Origin: an uncultured Methanomassiliicoccales archaeon
GTDB lineage: Archaea; Thermoplasmatota; Thermoplasmata; Methanomassiliicoccales; UBA472
Reading direction: 5' to 3'
Assembly: GCA_963695345.1 (NCBI GenBank)
Contig: OY968769.1
Coordinates: forward strand, 2,497,993 to 2,561,992
DNA length: 64,000 bases
Notes under the pieces: model-generated
Told to the model about the DNA's origin: nothing
Databases searched by the model: none
What the model saw: the letters and a program-made list of their open reading frames with translations, nothing else
Made by a program: the position numbers and the translations under genes
Shown: positions 51,992-62,769 of the stretch, piece by piece
How the letters are laid out: each line of letters begins with the position of its first letter
Numbering within the stretch: position 1 is the first letter of the stretch

Positions 51992-53743
51992 CTGCTCAGA
52001 TCCTCCTCGGACAATTGTGAATAGACTATCTCCTTGTACACCGGGCAGGTGTCCAGGAGCTCGCGGTGCTTGCCTATCCCCACCACCATCCCGTTGTCCA
52101 GGACGACGATCTTGTCGGCGTCCATTATCGTGCCGACCCTCTGTGCCACGATTATGCTGGTCACGTCGACCGTCTCCTTCTTCAGGGCGCTCCTGAGCGC
52201 ACGGTCCGTCCTGATAATCCAGAGCGGAGAACGAATCGTCGAAGATGTAGATCTCCGGCCTCCGGTACACCGCCCGGGCGATGGAGAGACGCTGCTTCTG
52301 GCCCCCGGAGAGGTTGGTCCCGCCCTGGGATATCGCGGCGTTGTAGCCGCCCTCCATCCTCTCCACGAACTCCGTGCCCTGGGCGATCGCGATCGCCCTC
52401 TTCAGCGTCCTCCTCCGTACGTTCGGCCGAGCTGTCCCCGTACGTGACGTTGGATGAGATCGTGCCGGAGAACAGGTTCGCCTTCTGCGGCACGTATCCT
52501 ATCTTCCGGTGGAGCGCCTTCTGGGTGTAGTCGCGGACATCCACGCCGTCCACGGAGACCTTCCCTTCCGTGACGTCGTAGGAACGCATGATGAGGTGGA
52601 TGATGGTGCTCTTTCCGCTTCCGGTGGAACCGATGAACGCGACGGTCTCGCCCCGTTCCGCCTTGAAACTGACGTCCTTCAGCACGTAATCGGATGCGCC
52701 AGGATACTTGAACCCGACGTTGCTGAAGACGATCTCGCCCTTGGCCGTGCCGGGAGATTCGGTGACATTCCCGTCCTTGATCGACGGTTCCGTGTCCAGG
52801 ATCTCCTCGATACGCTTGGCGGAGACTATCGCCCGCGGCAGGATGACGAACACGAACACGAGCATCACGAACCCGATCACCACCTGCATGGCATAGGCGA
52901 GGAAGGTGATCATCTGCGAGAACAGTATCATCTGCGATCCGATGCCGACGGTGGCCGGCGATGATGATCGCCCCGATCCAGTAGATGGAAAGGGAAAGGA
53001 TGCTCATCACGCCGGACATGATGGGCATCATCAGCGCCATCGCCCGGCCGGTGAACAGATTGTTGGAGGTGAGCTCCTCGTTGGCCTTCTCGAACTTCTC
53101 CTCCTGGTAGTCCTCCGCGTTGTACGCGCGGATGACGCGGATGCCCTTGAGGTTCTCCCTCACGTTGCGGTTGACGTCATCGGTGAGCCACTGGATCTTC
53201 TTGAAGCGGGGGACGACGAAGTATCATCAGTACGATGATGACGGCGATCATTACCACGATGGCCACGGCGGTGGAGGTGGTCCATTGCCAGCTCTTCCCG
53301 GAGATCTTGATGATCGCCCATCCGGCGAGGATCGGCGATCTGATGACCAGCTGCAGGCCCATCGCGACGGCCATCTGCACCTGGGTGATGTCGTTCGTCG
53401 CCCGGGTGATCAGACTTGCGGTGGAGAACTTGTTGATCTCGTTGGACGGAGAACGACTGCACCTTGCTGAACTCCATGGAGCGAAGGCGCTTGGAAAGGG
53501 ATGTGGCGACGTAGGCGGCGATGTAACCGACCACCAGCGTCGTGAGGAGGCTTCCGAGCGCGAGAGCGAGCATCACCCATCCTTCGTTCATGACCTGGTC
53601 GACCGTGCCGCCGGTCTGGATCAGGTTGGTGATCGCGAACATGTGGTCCGGGATCTCCAGGTCCAGCCACACCCGGCCACGATGAATGCCGTGCATACGG
53701 CGATCAGCCCCCATTCCCTGGTCTTCAGATATTTCAGGATCAT
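51988..53743 (-). CDS. ABC multidrug-type exporter (TMD + NBD), first half, multiply frameshifted
   Basis: [11 protein letters not shown] start, [31 protein letters not shown], degenerate [10 protein letters not shown], in at least five frame segments. Confidence 0.88.
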
Positions 53744-53943
53744 TTTCCACCAGCGATATTCTTAGACGATTTCAGAATGAAGATAATCGGCGGAATGCCC
53801 GGGCATCGATATCAATCTGTTGGAATGGCATCGTGATTATAGAATCGAAAATACTGACAGGTCAGGTCATAACGACAATTGACACCATGGTGAGATAATA
53901 TGCCAATAGCGAGACACTCCTGATTTTCACTATAAGTCTCGGT

Positions 53944-54105
53944 CTATAAAATAGGATCATCAACCGATCGGAGGATAATTAGCCCCCGGAACCCCTCGCT
54001 CTCTCCAATATTCTCCCTTAAACCTTCCACCATCTTTATCGCCTCGTCTCGCTTTCCCGGCTTGAACTTCCAGACGGTCATTCTAGCGTAGAGATTCGCT
54101 GTCAT
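53944..54105 (-). pseudogene. 3'-truncated antibiotic-biosynthesis-monooxygenase (ABM)-like gene
   Basis: MTANLYARMTVWKFKPGKRDEAIK...GFRGLIILRSVDDPIL*, only the N-terminal half of an ABM fold. Too short for the ORF track. Confidence 0.55.
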
Positions 54106-54265
54106 GAAAAATATGTCAGAGCCAGGGATTTATCAATATTTCAGTCAATCTGATATGAACCCAGCGTTCTTGCATTCTCATTTATAAAGAAGAAAGAAGC
54201 TAGGGTATTGACGGTCCGGTTCCTATTCCTTATCTTTTAATATTATCGCGTACAATTGAATGATT

Positions 54266-54799
54266 ATGACCGCTCTAGTCGCCTATGAACTCATCAATAC
54301 TTTAGGACCGGTGGAAATCCGGAGGTATCCATCGCTGTCCCTGGCTACGGTGTTCGCTGCATCGGACAACGTGGCATTCTCCATTCTTTTTGATTATATC
54401 TCGGGTAACAATGAACCGAATCAGCTAATGGACATGACCGAGCCGGTGATTTCGAAAAGGGGCACCGGGGAGAAGATCGCCATGACCGCCCCGGTCATTT
54501 CCACAGCGGGATCGTTCTCATTTGTTCTGCCATTAAACTACGACGGTAATACTGCCCCGCGTCCAATGGACCCCCGCATCAAGATCGAGCAGGTCCTTTC
54601 CCGCCTGGTGGCGGTGGTGAAGTTCAGAGGCCTGGCCCATGAACGCCAAGTTAGCGCGGAAGAGAAGATTCTATTCGATACTCTTGTTGCGAACGGGCTC
54701 CGACCGAAGGGAGAGTCGTTCCTGATGCGATACAATGGTCCTTTCACTCTCGGGTTCATGCGCCATAACGAGATTGGGGTGGAGATCGCAAATGATTAG
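54266..54799 (+). CDS. SOUL heme-binding protein
   Basis: EIRRYP, AFSILFDYISGNN, KIAMTAPV, YNGPFT..FMRHNEI. Confidence 0.9.
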   Translation: MTALVAYELINTLGPVEIRRYPSLSLATVFAASDNVAFSILFDYISGNNEPNQLMDMTEPVISKRGTGEKIAMTAPVISTAGSFSFVLPLNYDGNTAPRPMDPRIKIEQVLSRLVAVVKFRGLAHERQVSAEEKILFDTLVANGLRPKGESFLMRYNGPFTLGFMRHNEIGVEIAND

Positions 54800-54825
54800 C
54801 CTCATTGATCGACCTTGACAGGTAA

Positions 54826-55185
54826 ACGCCGAAGACCAACTGGACCTCCTTCATCTTCGGTTGCTTCGCCGGTCTGGTCCCCTGGATCGCCTTGATGATG
54901 TATTTCACTGGCGTTAGGGGAGGGGGCCCTCCGTTATTCGTGTATGGCATCATCATATCCATCGCCTTCTTCTTCAACATCTTCGCGGTGAACATGCTGC
55001 TCCAGTATAGGAAGAGGGGGAAGTTCAAGGACTACCTTTATGGCGAGTACCTGTACATCGTCCTGAGCTTGGTGGCTCTGACCCTCATGGCGGACGTTCA
55101 CGATGATTCCGTCGATGTGGTTTCTGAGGCCTTTCGCCATCCTGGACATTTCTGGCAGACGAAATGGGAATGGACGAGATGGTAA
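54826..55185 (+). pseudogene. Heliorhodopsin C-terminal fragment (about TM5-TM7), retinal Lys absent
   Basis: NWTSFIFGCFAGLVPWI...PPLFVYGI...FNIFAVNMLLQY...KFKDYLYGEYLYIVLSLVA(L). The frame is closed upstream by TAA at 54823. Confidence 0.82.
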
Positions 55186-55224
55186 TTCCCCAGGGCCTCA
55201 TTTAAACGATAAGGAAAACTTTCG

Positions 55225-56172
55225 TCATCGGCCTTTGCCACCGCCCGCGGCCTTTTCGAGACGGGAAGTTAGTTTCTCCCCCGTCATATTCTCCGATATT
55301 TCCCATACTCTCTTGGCCAGGCTCATATCTCTTCCCCGCTTGTGAGGCTTCACGAGAATAGGACGACCTTTAAACTCCATCCATCCATCGGGGCCGTAGA
55401 ATTGACCACCCCTAACCTGGGGATCTAAAGCAGCCCTTAGAGCCGGCTTCGCCCCTTCATTGATGTCGTGCATGAAAGGCTTTAGACCCAGCCGCATCGC
55501 CCTCCCATGGCGGTAAAGGGGGGTATCCACCAGCCCAGGATGACAGGCTACGCTGATGGGAGATTTAATGCCTAATTGGTCCATCTTCCTCTGCAGTTCC
55601 AGGGAGAACAATAGCACGGCCAGTTTGCTTTGCTTATATGCTTTCCAGGGACTGTAGCTTCGTTCTGAATTTATGTCATTGAAATCGATGTTTCCGCCGC
55701 GGTGAACGATGCTGGACTGTGTGATCACGCGGGAGCCGTTTGTGTTTGTTAACAGGTCCAAAAGATGGGCTGTGAGAACGAAGTGCCCCAGGTGGTTCAC
55801 TCCCCATTGGGATTCATAACCTTGCTCAGTTTTTTGGTATGGAGGGGTCATTATGCCCGCGTTGTTCACTAGTAGATGAAGGACGTCGTGCTCCGAGCGG
55901 TACGAACGGGCGAAATTCTCTATCGAGCGAAAGTCCCCCAGGTTTACCCCGAACACCTTCGGGGATGACCCTGGAACAGTAGACCTGATGGCTTCGGATA
56001 TGAGGTGGGCGTTATTCACATCAATGTCGGCCAACATTACGTTTGCTCCCTTAATGGACAGGACTTTAGCGATATGAGCTCCCAGACCCGAGGCCGCCCC
56101 GGTGACAATAACGTTCTTGCCATCTAAGCGTGGAACGTCATTCGTTACCCAATTCCATCCATACATTGACAT
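55225..56172 (-). CDS. Short-chain dehydrogenase/reductase (retinol dehydrogenase/WWOX-like subgroup)
   Basis: VTGAASGLG, LVNNAGIM, GVNHLGHF, YKQSK, CHPG, FYGPDG. Confidence 0.9.
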   Translation of the reverse strand: MSMYGWNWVTNDVPRLDGKNVIVTGAASGLGAHIAKVLSIKGANVMLADIDVNNAHLISEAIRSTVPGSSPKVFGVNLGDFRSIENFARSYRSEHDVLHLLVNNAGIMTPPYQKTEQGYESQWGVNHLGHFVLTAHLLDLLTNTNGSRVITQSSIVHRGGNIDFNDINSERSYSPWKAYKQSKLAVLLFSLELQRKMDQLGIKSPISVACHPGLVDTPLYRHGRAMRLGLKPFMHDINEGAKPALRAALDPQVRGGQFYGPDGWMEFKGRPILVKPHKRGRDMSLAKRVWEISENMTGEKLTSRLEKAAGGGKGR

Positions 56173-56581
56173 GTAGGTGCGAATAGACCGATCGTCTAAT
56201 ATCCTTTTATGTGGGACCCCGGAGCGATGTTCCGCGAACCTGGTAACATACAATGGCCTGTTGAACTCCGCCAGTTGGCTTAGATGTCCTCACCGAAACC
56301 GTTCTGATCGAGCCGTGGACGAATTCGATTTTTCCAGGTCTCTCGCCGCCGAGGTAGCCGTGGGAGCGATGGATGGACTGAACAGACTGAGGGAGTGATT
56401 CGATGAGTACTGACTCCCCGCTCGCCTCATCCGTCAGAAACCGAAGACTATCGGGGGCATCGACGAGGATCAGTACGATAAGATCGTTGCCGATGTCATC
56501 TCCCTGCATGGTGAACTATCGCAATATGAACTCCCAGATAGGATCCTTATTCACCACGATATCAATGCGCTCATCGCGGAA

Positions 56582-57514
56582 TCAACAGGCCGTCTTCCCC
56601 TTCTGTAGAAGTCCGTAGATCATTTTTGTGGTCTCTGTGTCGATTCCCAGCTGTTCTCCCATCCTGACGATCGCTCCACCGAAAAGGTCCCCTTCATTCC
56701 TCTTGCCTGGAATCTCGTAGTCCCTCTGAAATGATGTTTTGGTTCCGAGAGGAAAACCTCTAGCCTTGGCAAAGGATTCGTCGATCATCGACGGGGGCAA
56801 AGGAATGCGTTTGGCGTTGGCGATGTCAACGATCTCTCCCATTATTTTCCTAACGTAGCTGGACAGTTCCTCGGATTCCAACACCTCGCCGAGCGTCTTA
56901 TCGTAGCAGGCCGTGACCAGGCCGAAGGAGGCGATGAAGACGAATTTTCCCCATATCTCGACGTAAGGATTTTCCGAAAGGCTGAATCGTATGTCGGCCC
57001 GTTTCAATGTGTCCGTGAGGACGGTGATGCCGTTCTCATTTCTCGGGTCCTTCCCGAACACGATGGTGCAGGCCCCTCCCCGCTGGGTCACCTTGCCCGG
57101 CCTTTCGATGTGGGTTCCCACGTAGACACTGGATGGAAGAACGAGCCCGTTGCTGATGATGGACCGGATCCTTTCGTAGATGTCCACGCCGTTCAATAGC
57201 GGCAGGATAATTGTTGAATCGGTGACCTTCGGCCTGAGCTGTGTCAGGACGCCGTCCAGGTCGTAGCTCTTCACTGCGATGAGGCACAGGTCCAACAGCG
57301 GCAACTCAGAAATGTCCTCGGTCGCCAGCGTTGGCTTGCATATGAATTGGCGTTCATCGGTGTCAAGGAGCAGGCCGTTCTCTCTGATCTCTGCCAGATG
57401 GTTACCCCGTGCGATGAAGTATACCTTCAGGTCCGGGTCGTCCCTTAGCAATTGGGTGAGCTTGCCCCCGAAATATCCCCCGACCCCGCCAACCCCTATC
57501 ACCGCGATGTTCAT
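56582..57514 (-). CDS. panE: 2-dehydropantoate 2-reductase family protein
   Basis: IGVGGVGGYFG, AVKSY, PLLNG, WGKF, TSFQRD. Confidence 0.88.
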   Translation of the reverse strand: MNIAVIGVGGVGGYFGGKLTQLLRDDPDLKVYFIARGNHLAEIRENGLLLDTDERQFICKPTLATEDISELPLLDLCLIAVKSYDLDGVLTQLRPKVTDSTIILPLLNGVDIYERIRSIISNGLVLPSSVYVGTHIERPGKVTQRGGACTIVFGKDPRNENGITVLTDTLKRADIRFSLSENPYVEIWGKFVFIASFGLVTACYDKTLGEVLESEELSSYVRKIMGEIVDIANAKRIPLPPSMIDESFAKARGFPLGTKTSFQRDYEIPGKRNEGDLFGGAIVRMGEQLGIDTETTKMIYGLLQKGKTAC

Positions 57515-57550
57515 GTTTCATTCTCTTCTATCGATCACAGTATGACCATT

Positions 57551-58249
57551 TCATTTCTTGCCGCCGTAGACGGTGAAGTTGTAGTTCTTCCAGATCACGT
57601 CCACGTTCCTGAAACCGGCTTCCTCGAGCCAGTGCAGGTGATCGATCAGCTTGGCCGGTGAATCCTCATGCTCATAGCGGGGGACCTGCACCTCATCGAC
57701 ATCCTCTCTGGAAAAGCTTCGGTACATGAACTCCTTCCACTGCCTCATGTATATGTCTTGGATGCGGTCGTCCGAACCCAGGACGAGGTCCGCATTATAG
57801 AATGACCCGCCAGGCGCCAGCGCATCGAAGATCCGGCGGTATATCATCTTCTTGTCCTGGTCGGTGACGATATGGTGCAGAGCAAGCGACGAGATGATGA
57901 CATCGTAATGGCCGTCGAACTCAAAATGGTAAAGGTCTGAGAGAACGTATCTCACGTTCTCATGGGCGCTTAGCCTTTGCCTGGCGAGGTTCATCATTTC
58001 CTCGGTCATGTCCAGGCAGGTCAGCTCGGTTTCCGGAAACGCGACCATCAACCTTTCTGAGACCGCCCCGGTCCCGCAGCCGAGGTCGATCGCCCTGAAC
58101 TTACTTTGATGCGGTCTGTCGATGCATGAGATCAGGGCATCCAGCATCTCCTCGTACCGGGGAATGACCTTTCTCACATGGGCGTCATACTCATTCGACT
58201 TCTTGGAAAAATTGGACCGGATCTCGGCCATCTTTTCTTCTCTTCCCAT
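57551..58249 (-). CDS. Class I SAM-dependent methyltransferase (CmoA-like)
   Basis: IDLGCGTG, ISSLALHH, LAPGGSFYNAD, LEEAGF. Confidence 0.9.
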   Translation of the reverse strand: MGREEKMAEIRSNFSKKSNEYDAHVRKVIPRYEEMLDALISCIDRPHQSKFRAIDLGCGTGAVSERLMVAFPETELTCLDMTEEMMNLARQRLSAHENVRYVLSDLYHFEFDGHYDVIISSLALHHIVTDQDKKMIYRRIFDALAPGGSFYNADLVLGSDDRIQDIYMRQWKEFMYRSFSREDVDEVQVPRYEHEDSPAKLIDHLHWLEEAGFRNVDVIWKNYNFTVYGGKK

Positions 58250-58352
58250 CATATGTCACCGTATGGGGGATAACCGCTTCTCAGGACTTGAGCGTGCCGG
58301 GCATTTAATTTTTCAATCCGATGACTTTTCATTAGCCCGGCAACAGAACCAT

Positions 58353-58530
58353 TAGATCGCCTCGACCGTCTCCGGACCTCCTTCCATGGTCAACTGGAAG
58401 GTCTGTGCAATCCTGAACTCGGAAACCGGGCCGGATATCCGTCCGGTCAGCTCGGTGCGGCGGAGGGGGAAGAAGAGATCCATATCTTGGGGGGGGCTTT
58501 GTCATGATATCGATATTGCTAAGGACGGTA
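58353..58530 (-). pseudogene. Fragmentary duplicate of the VIT-vWA gene 5' end and its upstream DNA
   Basis: FFPLRRTELTGRISGPVSEFRIAQTF...PETVEAI versus FFIPLRRTELSGRVTGPVSEFTITQTF...PETVDAV. 58504-58530 resembles 40290-40316. Confidence 0.8.
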
Positions 58531-58641
58531 GGATGGTTTTTCATCAGGGCAATCGCTCGGAAGCTTGAAAGAGAGCTAGTCAGCTCTGCAAACCCTCATT
58601 ATTTATCTTTTCAGAAACATCCATATTGGGGGAGTTTCCAA

Positions 58642-58908
58642 ATGAAGTGTCCAGAATGCGGTAATGAAATGGAGAATGGTATTGTCAATTCAGGAGGAGG
58701 AATGTTCTGGAGTAAGAAGCCATTAAAGACAATACCCACAGGAGTTCCATATGAGTGGATTCCTACGAATGGCTATTTGTTCACCTTACAACACCTGGAT
58801 GGTTACAGATGCTCGGCATGCAGGCTGATCGTTACAAATTATTTGGAAGACAGTCCGCCCAATATCATGCAGAAGGCGATGTCCTCGAATCAGGATGATC
58901 GCTCTTGA
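58642..58908 (+). CDS. Small zinc-ribbon protein (PF20097/DUF6487-like)
   Basis: MKCPECGNEMENG...WSKKPLK...RCSACRLIV. Paralog of 37702-37896. Confidence 0.8.
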   Translation: MKCPECGNEMENGIVNSGGGMFWSKKPLKTIPTGVPYEWIPTNGYLFTLQHLDGYRCSACRLIVTNYLEDSPPNIMQKAMSSNQDDRS

Positions 58909-59159
58909 AGCCTGAAGGATGAGTTGGTGTATCTGCAAACCTCACATCGCCGTTTGTTCATGAATATGTCGAGGTAGATTACCCTCCTCAAAACTGACTG
59001 GCTGGAGGCCCGAGTGCCCACTCTCAAGGGCAACCGATCGGGAGCTTGAGAGATTGTGAGGGATGCTCCGCAAACCCACTGTTCACTATTTGGTGCCTAT
59101 CACAACATTCGAAGACGATATTGAGACGATCAACGGATATGAACGACATCTTTGTCGGA

Positions 59160-60566
59160 TCAACGGCTAATCGTTTTTTCATCCCTGACCACCACCGAAA
59201 GCACAACCGCGATTATCGCCAGAACGATACCCAATATCATCACACCGTGGAACCCTTCCATGAACGTTGGGAGGGGCAATTCGGTAAAGGGCGTATTGCC
59301 GGAACCGTTCATTACCGAGAAAAAGGCGGCAAAGGAGGCGGTTCCTATGGCTCCGCCAAGATAACCTGCGGCAGGGATCAGGGCAGCCCCCGTTCCCTTC
59401 TCCTCACCGTCTATCATCTCCACGATACGGCTGGCGGCCGGGCCGCCGGAAAATCCCCATATCAGACCCATGATGACCAAAGCCGTCACCAGAACGAAAG
59501 TGCCCATTCCCGGATCGATGAAGAACAGGATACCTCCGGTAATGGCCACGGCCAAACATGAAATGACGCTGAACCACCGACGACCGGTGCGGTCGGACCA
59601 TTTGCCGATCGGTGCGCTGATGATCAATGTGATGGCAGCGGGAATGAAAAGGTACATCCCGGATGTGGCTGCGTCGAACCCCAGGCCCAACGAAAGATAG
59701 AACGGGATCAGATACCACATCCCCGTGGCGGCCAGGTTGATGAGAAGGAACGCCGAGAGGACAAAGACGAATTCCCGGGACCTGAAGATCTTCAGGTTCA
59801 GTACAGGGGTCTTGCACCTCCGTTCCCAGTTGATGAACAGGACGAAGGATGTTATGCAGATGACCGTGGCAGAAACGATCTGTATGTTGCCCAGGCCGAC
59901 ATGTGGGAAACGCTCTAGCGCGAAAACACCTGCCATGACGGAGATCAACATCAACAGGGTCCCAGGCAGATCGAAATAGGACCTCACATAGCCCTCGTCC
60001 CTCGGGATGGCCTTCATCAGGAAGACAATGCTCACCAGACCTATCGGAATGTTGATGAGGAATATCCAGTGCCAGGAAAGATATTCCGTTATGATGCCGC
60101 CCAGTGCAGGGCCTGACGCATATCCGATGGATGCGCCCATGGTGACGATGCCCAAGCCGACCCCGAGCTTGTTCGCCGGAAGGAACCTCACGCATAGCAG
60201 AGGCGCACATGCACCCATGATGGCAGCGCCCGCCCCCTGGAACACGCGGCTGACCAGCAGCATCTCGATCGAGGATGACAGCCCGCAGGTCACCGAGAAG
60301 ACCGAGAATATGATCAGCCCGATGATAAGTATCCTCTTGACTATGCCGCGGTCGGCCAGCTTGCCGAACGGAATGAGCAGGCCGGCCATCATCATGAAGT
60401 AGGTCACCGAGACCCATCCCGCGGTGCTGGTATCGATCTGCAACGAGGAGGAGATGGACGGCAAAGCGACATTCACGATCGAGGCATCGAGCCCGTCCAT
60501 CGTGACGACGAAGATGATCGCGATCAGAAGGAGGGCCTGTCCTTTTCTATCCTTGATGATCGCCAT
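59160..60566 (-). CDS. MFS drug:H+ antiporter (DHA2/EmrB-like, 14 TM)
   Basis: MDGLDASIVNVALP, GKLADRG, GPALGG, WHWIFLINIPIG. Confidence 0.93.
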   Translation of the reverse strand: MAIIKDRKGQALLLIAIIFVVTMDGLDASIVNVALPSISSSLQIDTSTAGWVSVTYFMMMAGLLIPFGKLADRGIVKRILIIGLIIFSVFSVTCGLSSSIEMLLVSRVFQGAGAAIMGACAPLLCVRFLPANKLGVGLGIVTMGASIGYASGPALGGIITEYLSWHWIFLINIPIGLVSIVFLMKAIPRDEGYVRSYFDLPGTLLMLISVMAGVFALERFPHVGLGNIQIVSATVICITSFVLFINWERRCKTPVLNLKIFRSREFVFVLSAFLLINLAATGMWYLIPFYLSLGLGFDAATSGMYLFIPAAITLIISAPIGKWSDRTGRRWFSVISCLAVAITGGILFFIDPGMGTFVLVTALVIMGLIWGFSGGPAASRIVEMIDGEEKGTGAALIPAAGYLGGAIGTASFAAFFSVMNGSGNTPFTELPLPTFMEGFHGVMILGIVLAIIAVVLSVVVRDEKTISR

Positions 60567-60894
60567 ACCGAAATGAGATGACGTTGATGTTCAAAAGCAT
60601 TAGGTTATTGATAATCCGAATTTTACCCAGGCTCCATATCAGATCCGCTCCTGTAACGATGCTGGCGATCTTGCCTGAGGGCTTGGCCTTGAGGTCCTTT
60701 GCCTTTCGATGCCATGCCATTAAGTGTTTGTGGGCCCAGGGAGATCCCAGCCCAGACCACCATGCCGGTTAGTTTGATGCCTGCTTTTGGTAAGCCGGCA
60801 TATTGGTCTCAGCGGAGGCTTCGCTGCCCCATCCCGGTCAAGGATCGTTTCAGCAAAGCCTCCGCTGGGCGAGATATAAATCGTTTCCAGCTCC

Positions 60895-61639
60895 TTACGA
60901 CCAAGGAATGCCAGTGTTCTTATCGATTATCGTATATCCCAATTGAGTGAGGAAATCGTTGGCCTGGCTGCCTCCCAAGATCCCATTATCGGGCATGGTC
61001 CCATGTACGGATAATCCGGCCATGGACAGCACGTATTTGGGCGGGTAATCGGTATCTCCCTCCTTGAGGACCCATCTCTTTGGGGCCCTGGCCCTTGGTA
61101 CGCCCTCCTTATCTATGGTCTTCAGCGCGGATTCGATGTGTGTTTTATCGATGCCGCCAAATGGATCTGCATTCTTAGCTTCGGCGGCCACTGTTGGTTG
61201 ATCGGGGTTGCTTGTCTTGACCCGGTCAAATTCTTCCAACTGGTTTTTGTATGCCTGGACCTCGTTCTTTTTTTCGTAAAGCTGAATGTTGGCCAAGGTC
61301 AGCTGTGATCTCAACTCTAGGATCGTTGCTCGATCCGAATCTTCCCGATTTTACCAGTGTAGCGTGGGCCAGGCTGGCATGGGCCAGATCTTCCCTTGAC
61401 CGGTCGAGCTCCAGATCTCTGGACTCGACCTTTCTCTTTTCTTCCTCCAGTAGCTCACGAAGTTCGGATCTCTCCGCCATAGCTGAGGCATTTTCCTTGA
61501 TCAAGAGGTCATAATCCTCGTGTGCCTCTTGGCCAAGAGCGCGTATTGCCTTCCACGAAAAGATCCGTCTTCTGAAACTGGCCCTGCCTAATTCTTCAAA
61601 TAACCTATCGATATTCTTGAACATCCCATCTGCAGCCAT
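60895..61639 (-). CDS. Coiled-coil protein with a C-terminal restriction-associated (ScoMcrA/McrB N-terminal-like) domain, split by a 1-nt frameshift
   Basis: Removing one A in GTAAAATCGG (~61350) fuses the two ORFs. C-terminal motif HIESALKTID...YPPKYVLSMA...GGSQANDFLTQLGY. Confidence 0.62.
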
Positions 61640-61943
61640 AAGCCGCCCCCCTTCACTGCTATTCGAATGTAGCTGAAGGTTATTAGTTATTGCGGGTAAA
61701 TCGGTCTGCCAATACCATATGCCTCACGGATTCGCCTTCACCTCGACTGAAGCGCTATCGATCCAAAATCAGCTTGCGAGAACGTATGAGTCCGGACATT
61801 TTCCTTTGCTCAATTCCCCAGGACCTGTACGACGTAGGAAGGTTCTCGGCTGCGGTTTCGCGGCCTTTGTCCTTTTTTAGGTTAAATAATAGATGTAGTG
61901 GGCGGCCAAGGAGATGTGGCACCACAATGAATAAATGACTCAA

Positions 61944-62528
61944 TCAGTAGATGAGATTGTCGAGAGTTTGGTTTGATGGCCTCGATACGCGAGTTTTCGG
62001 TTTTAGATCCAACACCTCTTCGATCGAGGATGTCCAAAAAGGAGCCTGCGGGTTGTATCTCACTGCTTTCACGAGGCAGTCCTCACCTGCCTCAATATCC
62101 AGCGGTAAGTGCTTTGTTTTTATGTAGACAAAATCCCATCTTTGGTTTTGGTTGTAAGTACATGCTGCCAGGATTTGGAAATCGGATCTGCGATAATGTC
62201 TCGACCGAGGATCGATGGTCGAATGCCGGATCCGTTGGAAATCTACCTTGTAGTCTCCATTCTTGTATTGTCGTCCCGACATGAACATTTTACATTCTAC
62301 CTGAATAGTATTCCTTCCGGGGTAAGCTTCAAAATCAGGTTGTCCGTCATCATCCAGTCGTTTGAAACCGGTAATTTTATCATCGCCCAAAAGAGTCTTG
62401 AATATCCTTTCGAGATGGAATTCTGCCACGAACTCCTTGACCATCTGTTCGCATCTGGGACTACGACGAATTATCTCCAGTATGTCATCAGCCGGGAGCT
62501 GATAGTTATCTGCCAAAATGTGTGTCAT
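61944..62528 (-). CDS. PD-(D/E)xK restriction-endonuclease-like protein
   Basis: QPDF-x9-QVECK catalytic pattern, VDFQRIR, DFQILAAC. Lower GC than the flanks. Confidence 0.7.
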   Translation of the reverse strand: MTHILADNYQLPADDILEIIRRSPRCEQMVKEFVAEFHLERIFKTLLGDDKITGFKRLDDDGQPDFEAYPGRNTIQVECKMFMSGRQYKNGDYKVDFQRIRHSTIDPRSRHYRRSDFQILAACTYNQNQRWDFVYIKTKHLPLDIEAGEDCLVKAVRYNPQAPFWTSSIEEVLDLKPKTRVSRPSNQTLDNLIY

Positions 62529-62769
62529 GGTCTAGCGTCTATTCGGGTATTATGGTATATAGCAAAGAAAAGATAAAAGTGTTGTTAGTACACATATGTC
62601 TCCCGCTCATAGTTTAGATATTCGGCGGGAAGGGAGACGAAACGAAGAGAGCATCTCGACCAGGCGTTTTCCATCAAGTTCCCGATATCCCGAATCGGCC
62701 ATTCCTGAAGTGGATATTTTGACCAATTACTGTTAAGTTCACGAAGTTGGTGCTGACCTAGATGAACCA

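Noticed and set aside
56177-56580. Coding-like fragments between the SDR and panE
   Set aside because: Interrupted by stops and no family recognised.
59404-60417. Long alternative-frame and antisense ORFs (also 14819-15625, 21153-21887, 38988-39728, 47166-47897)
   Set aside because: These are shadows of GC3-rich real genes with no motifs of their own.
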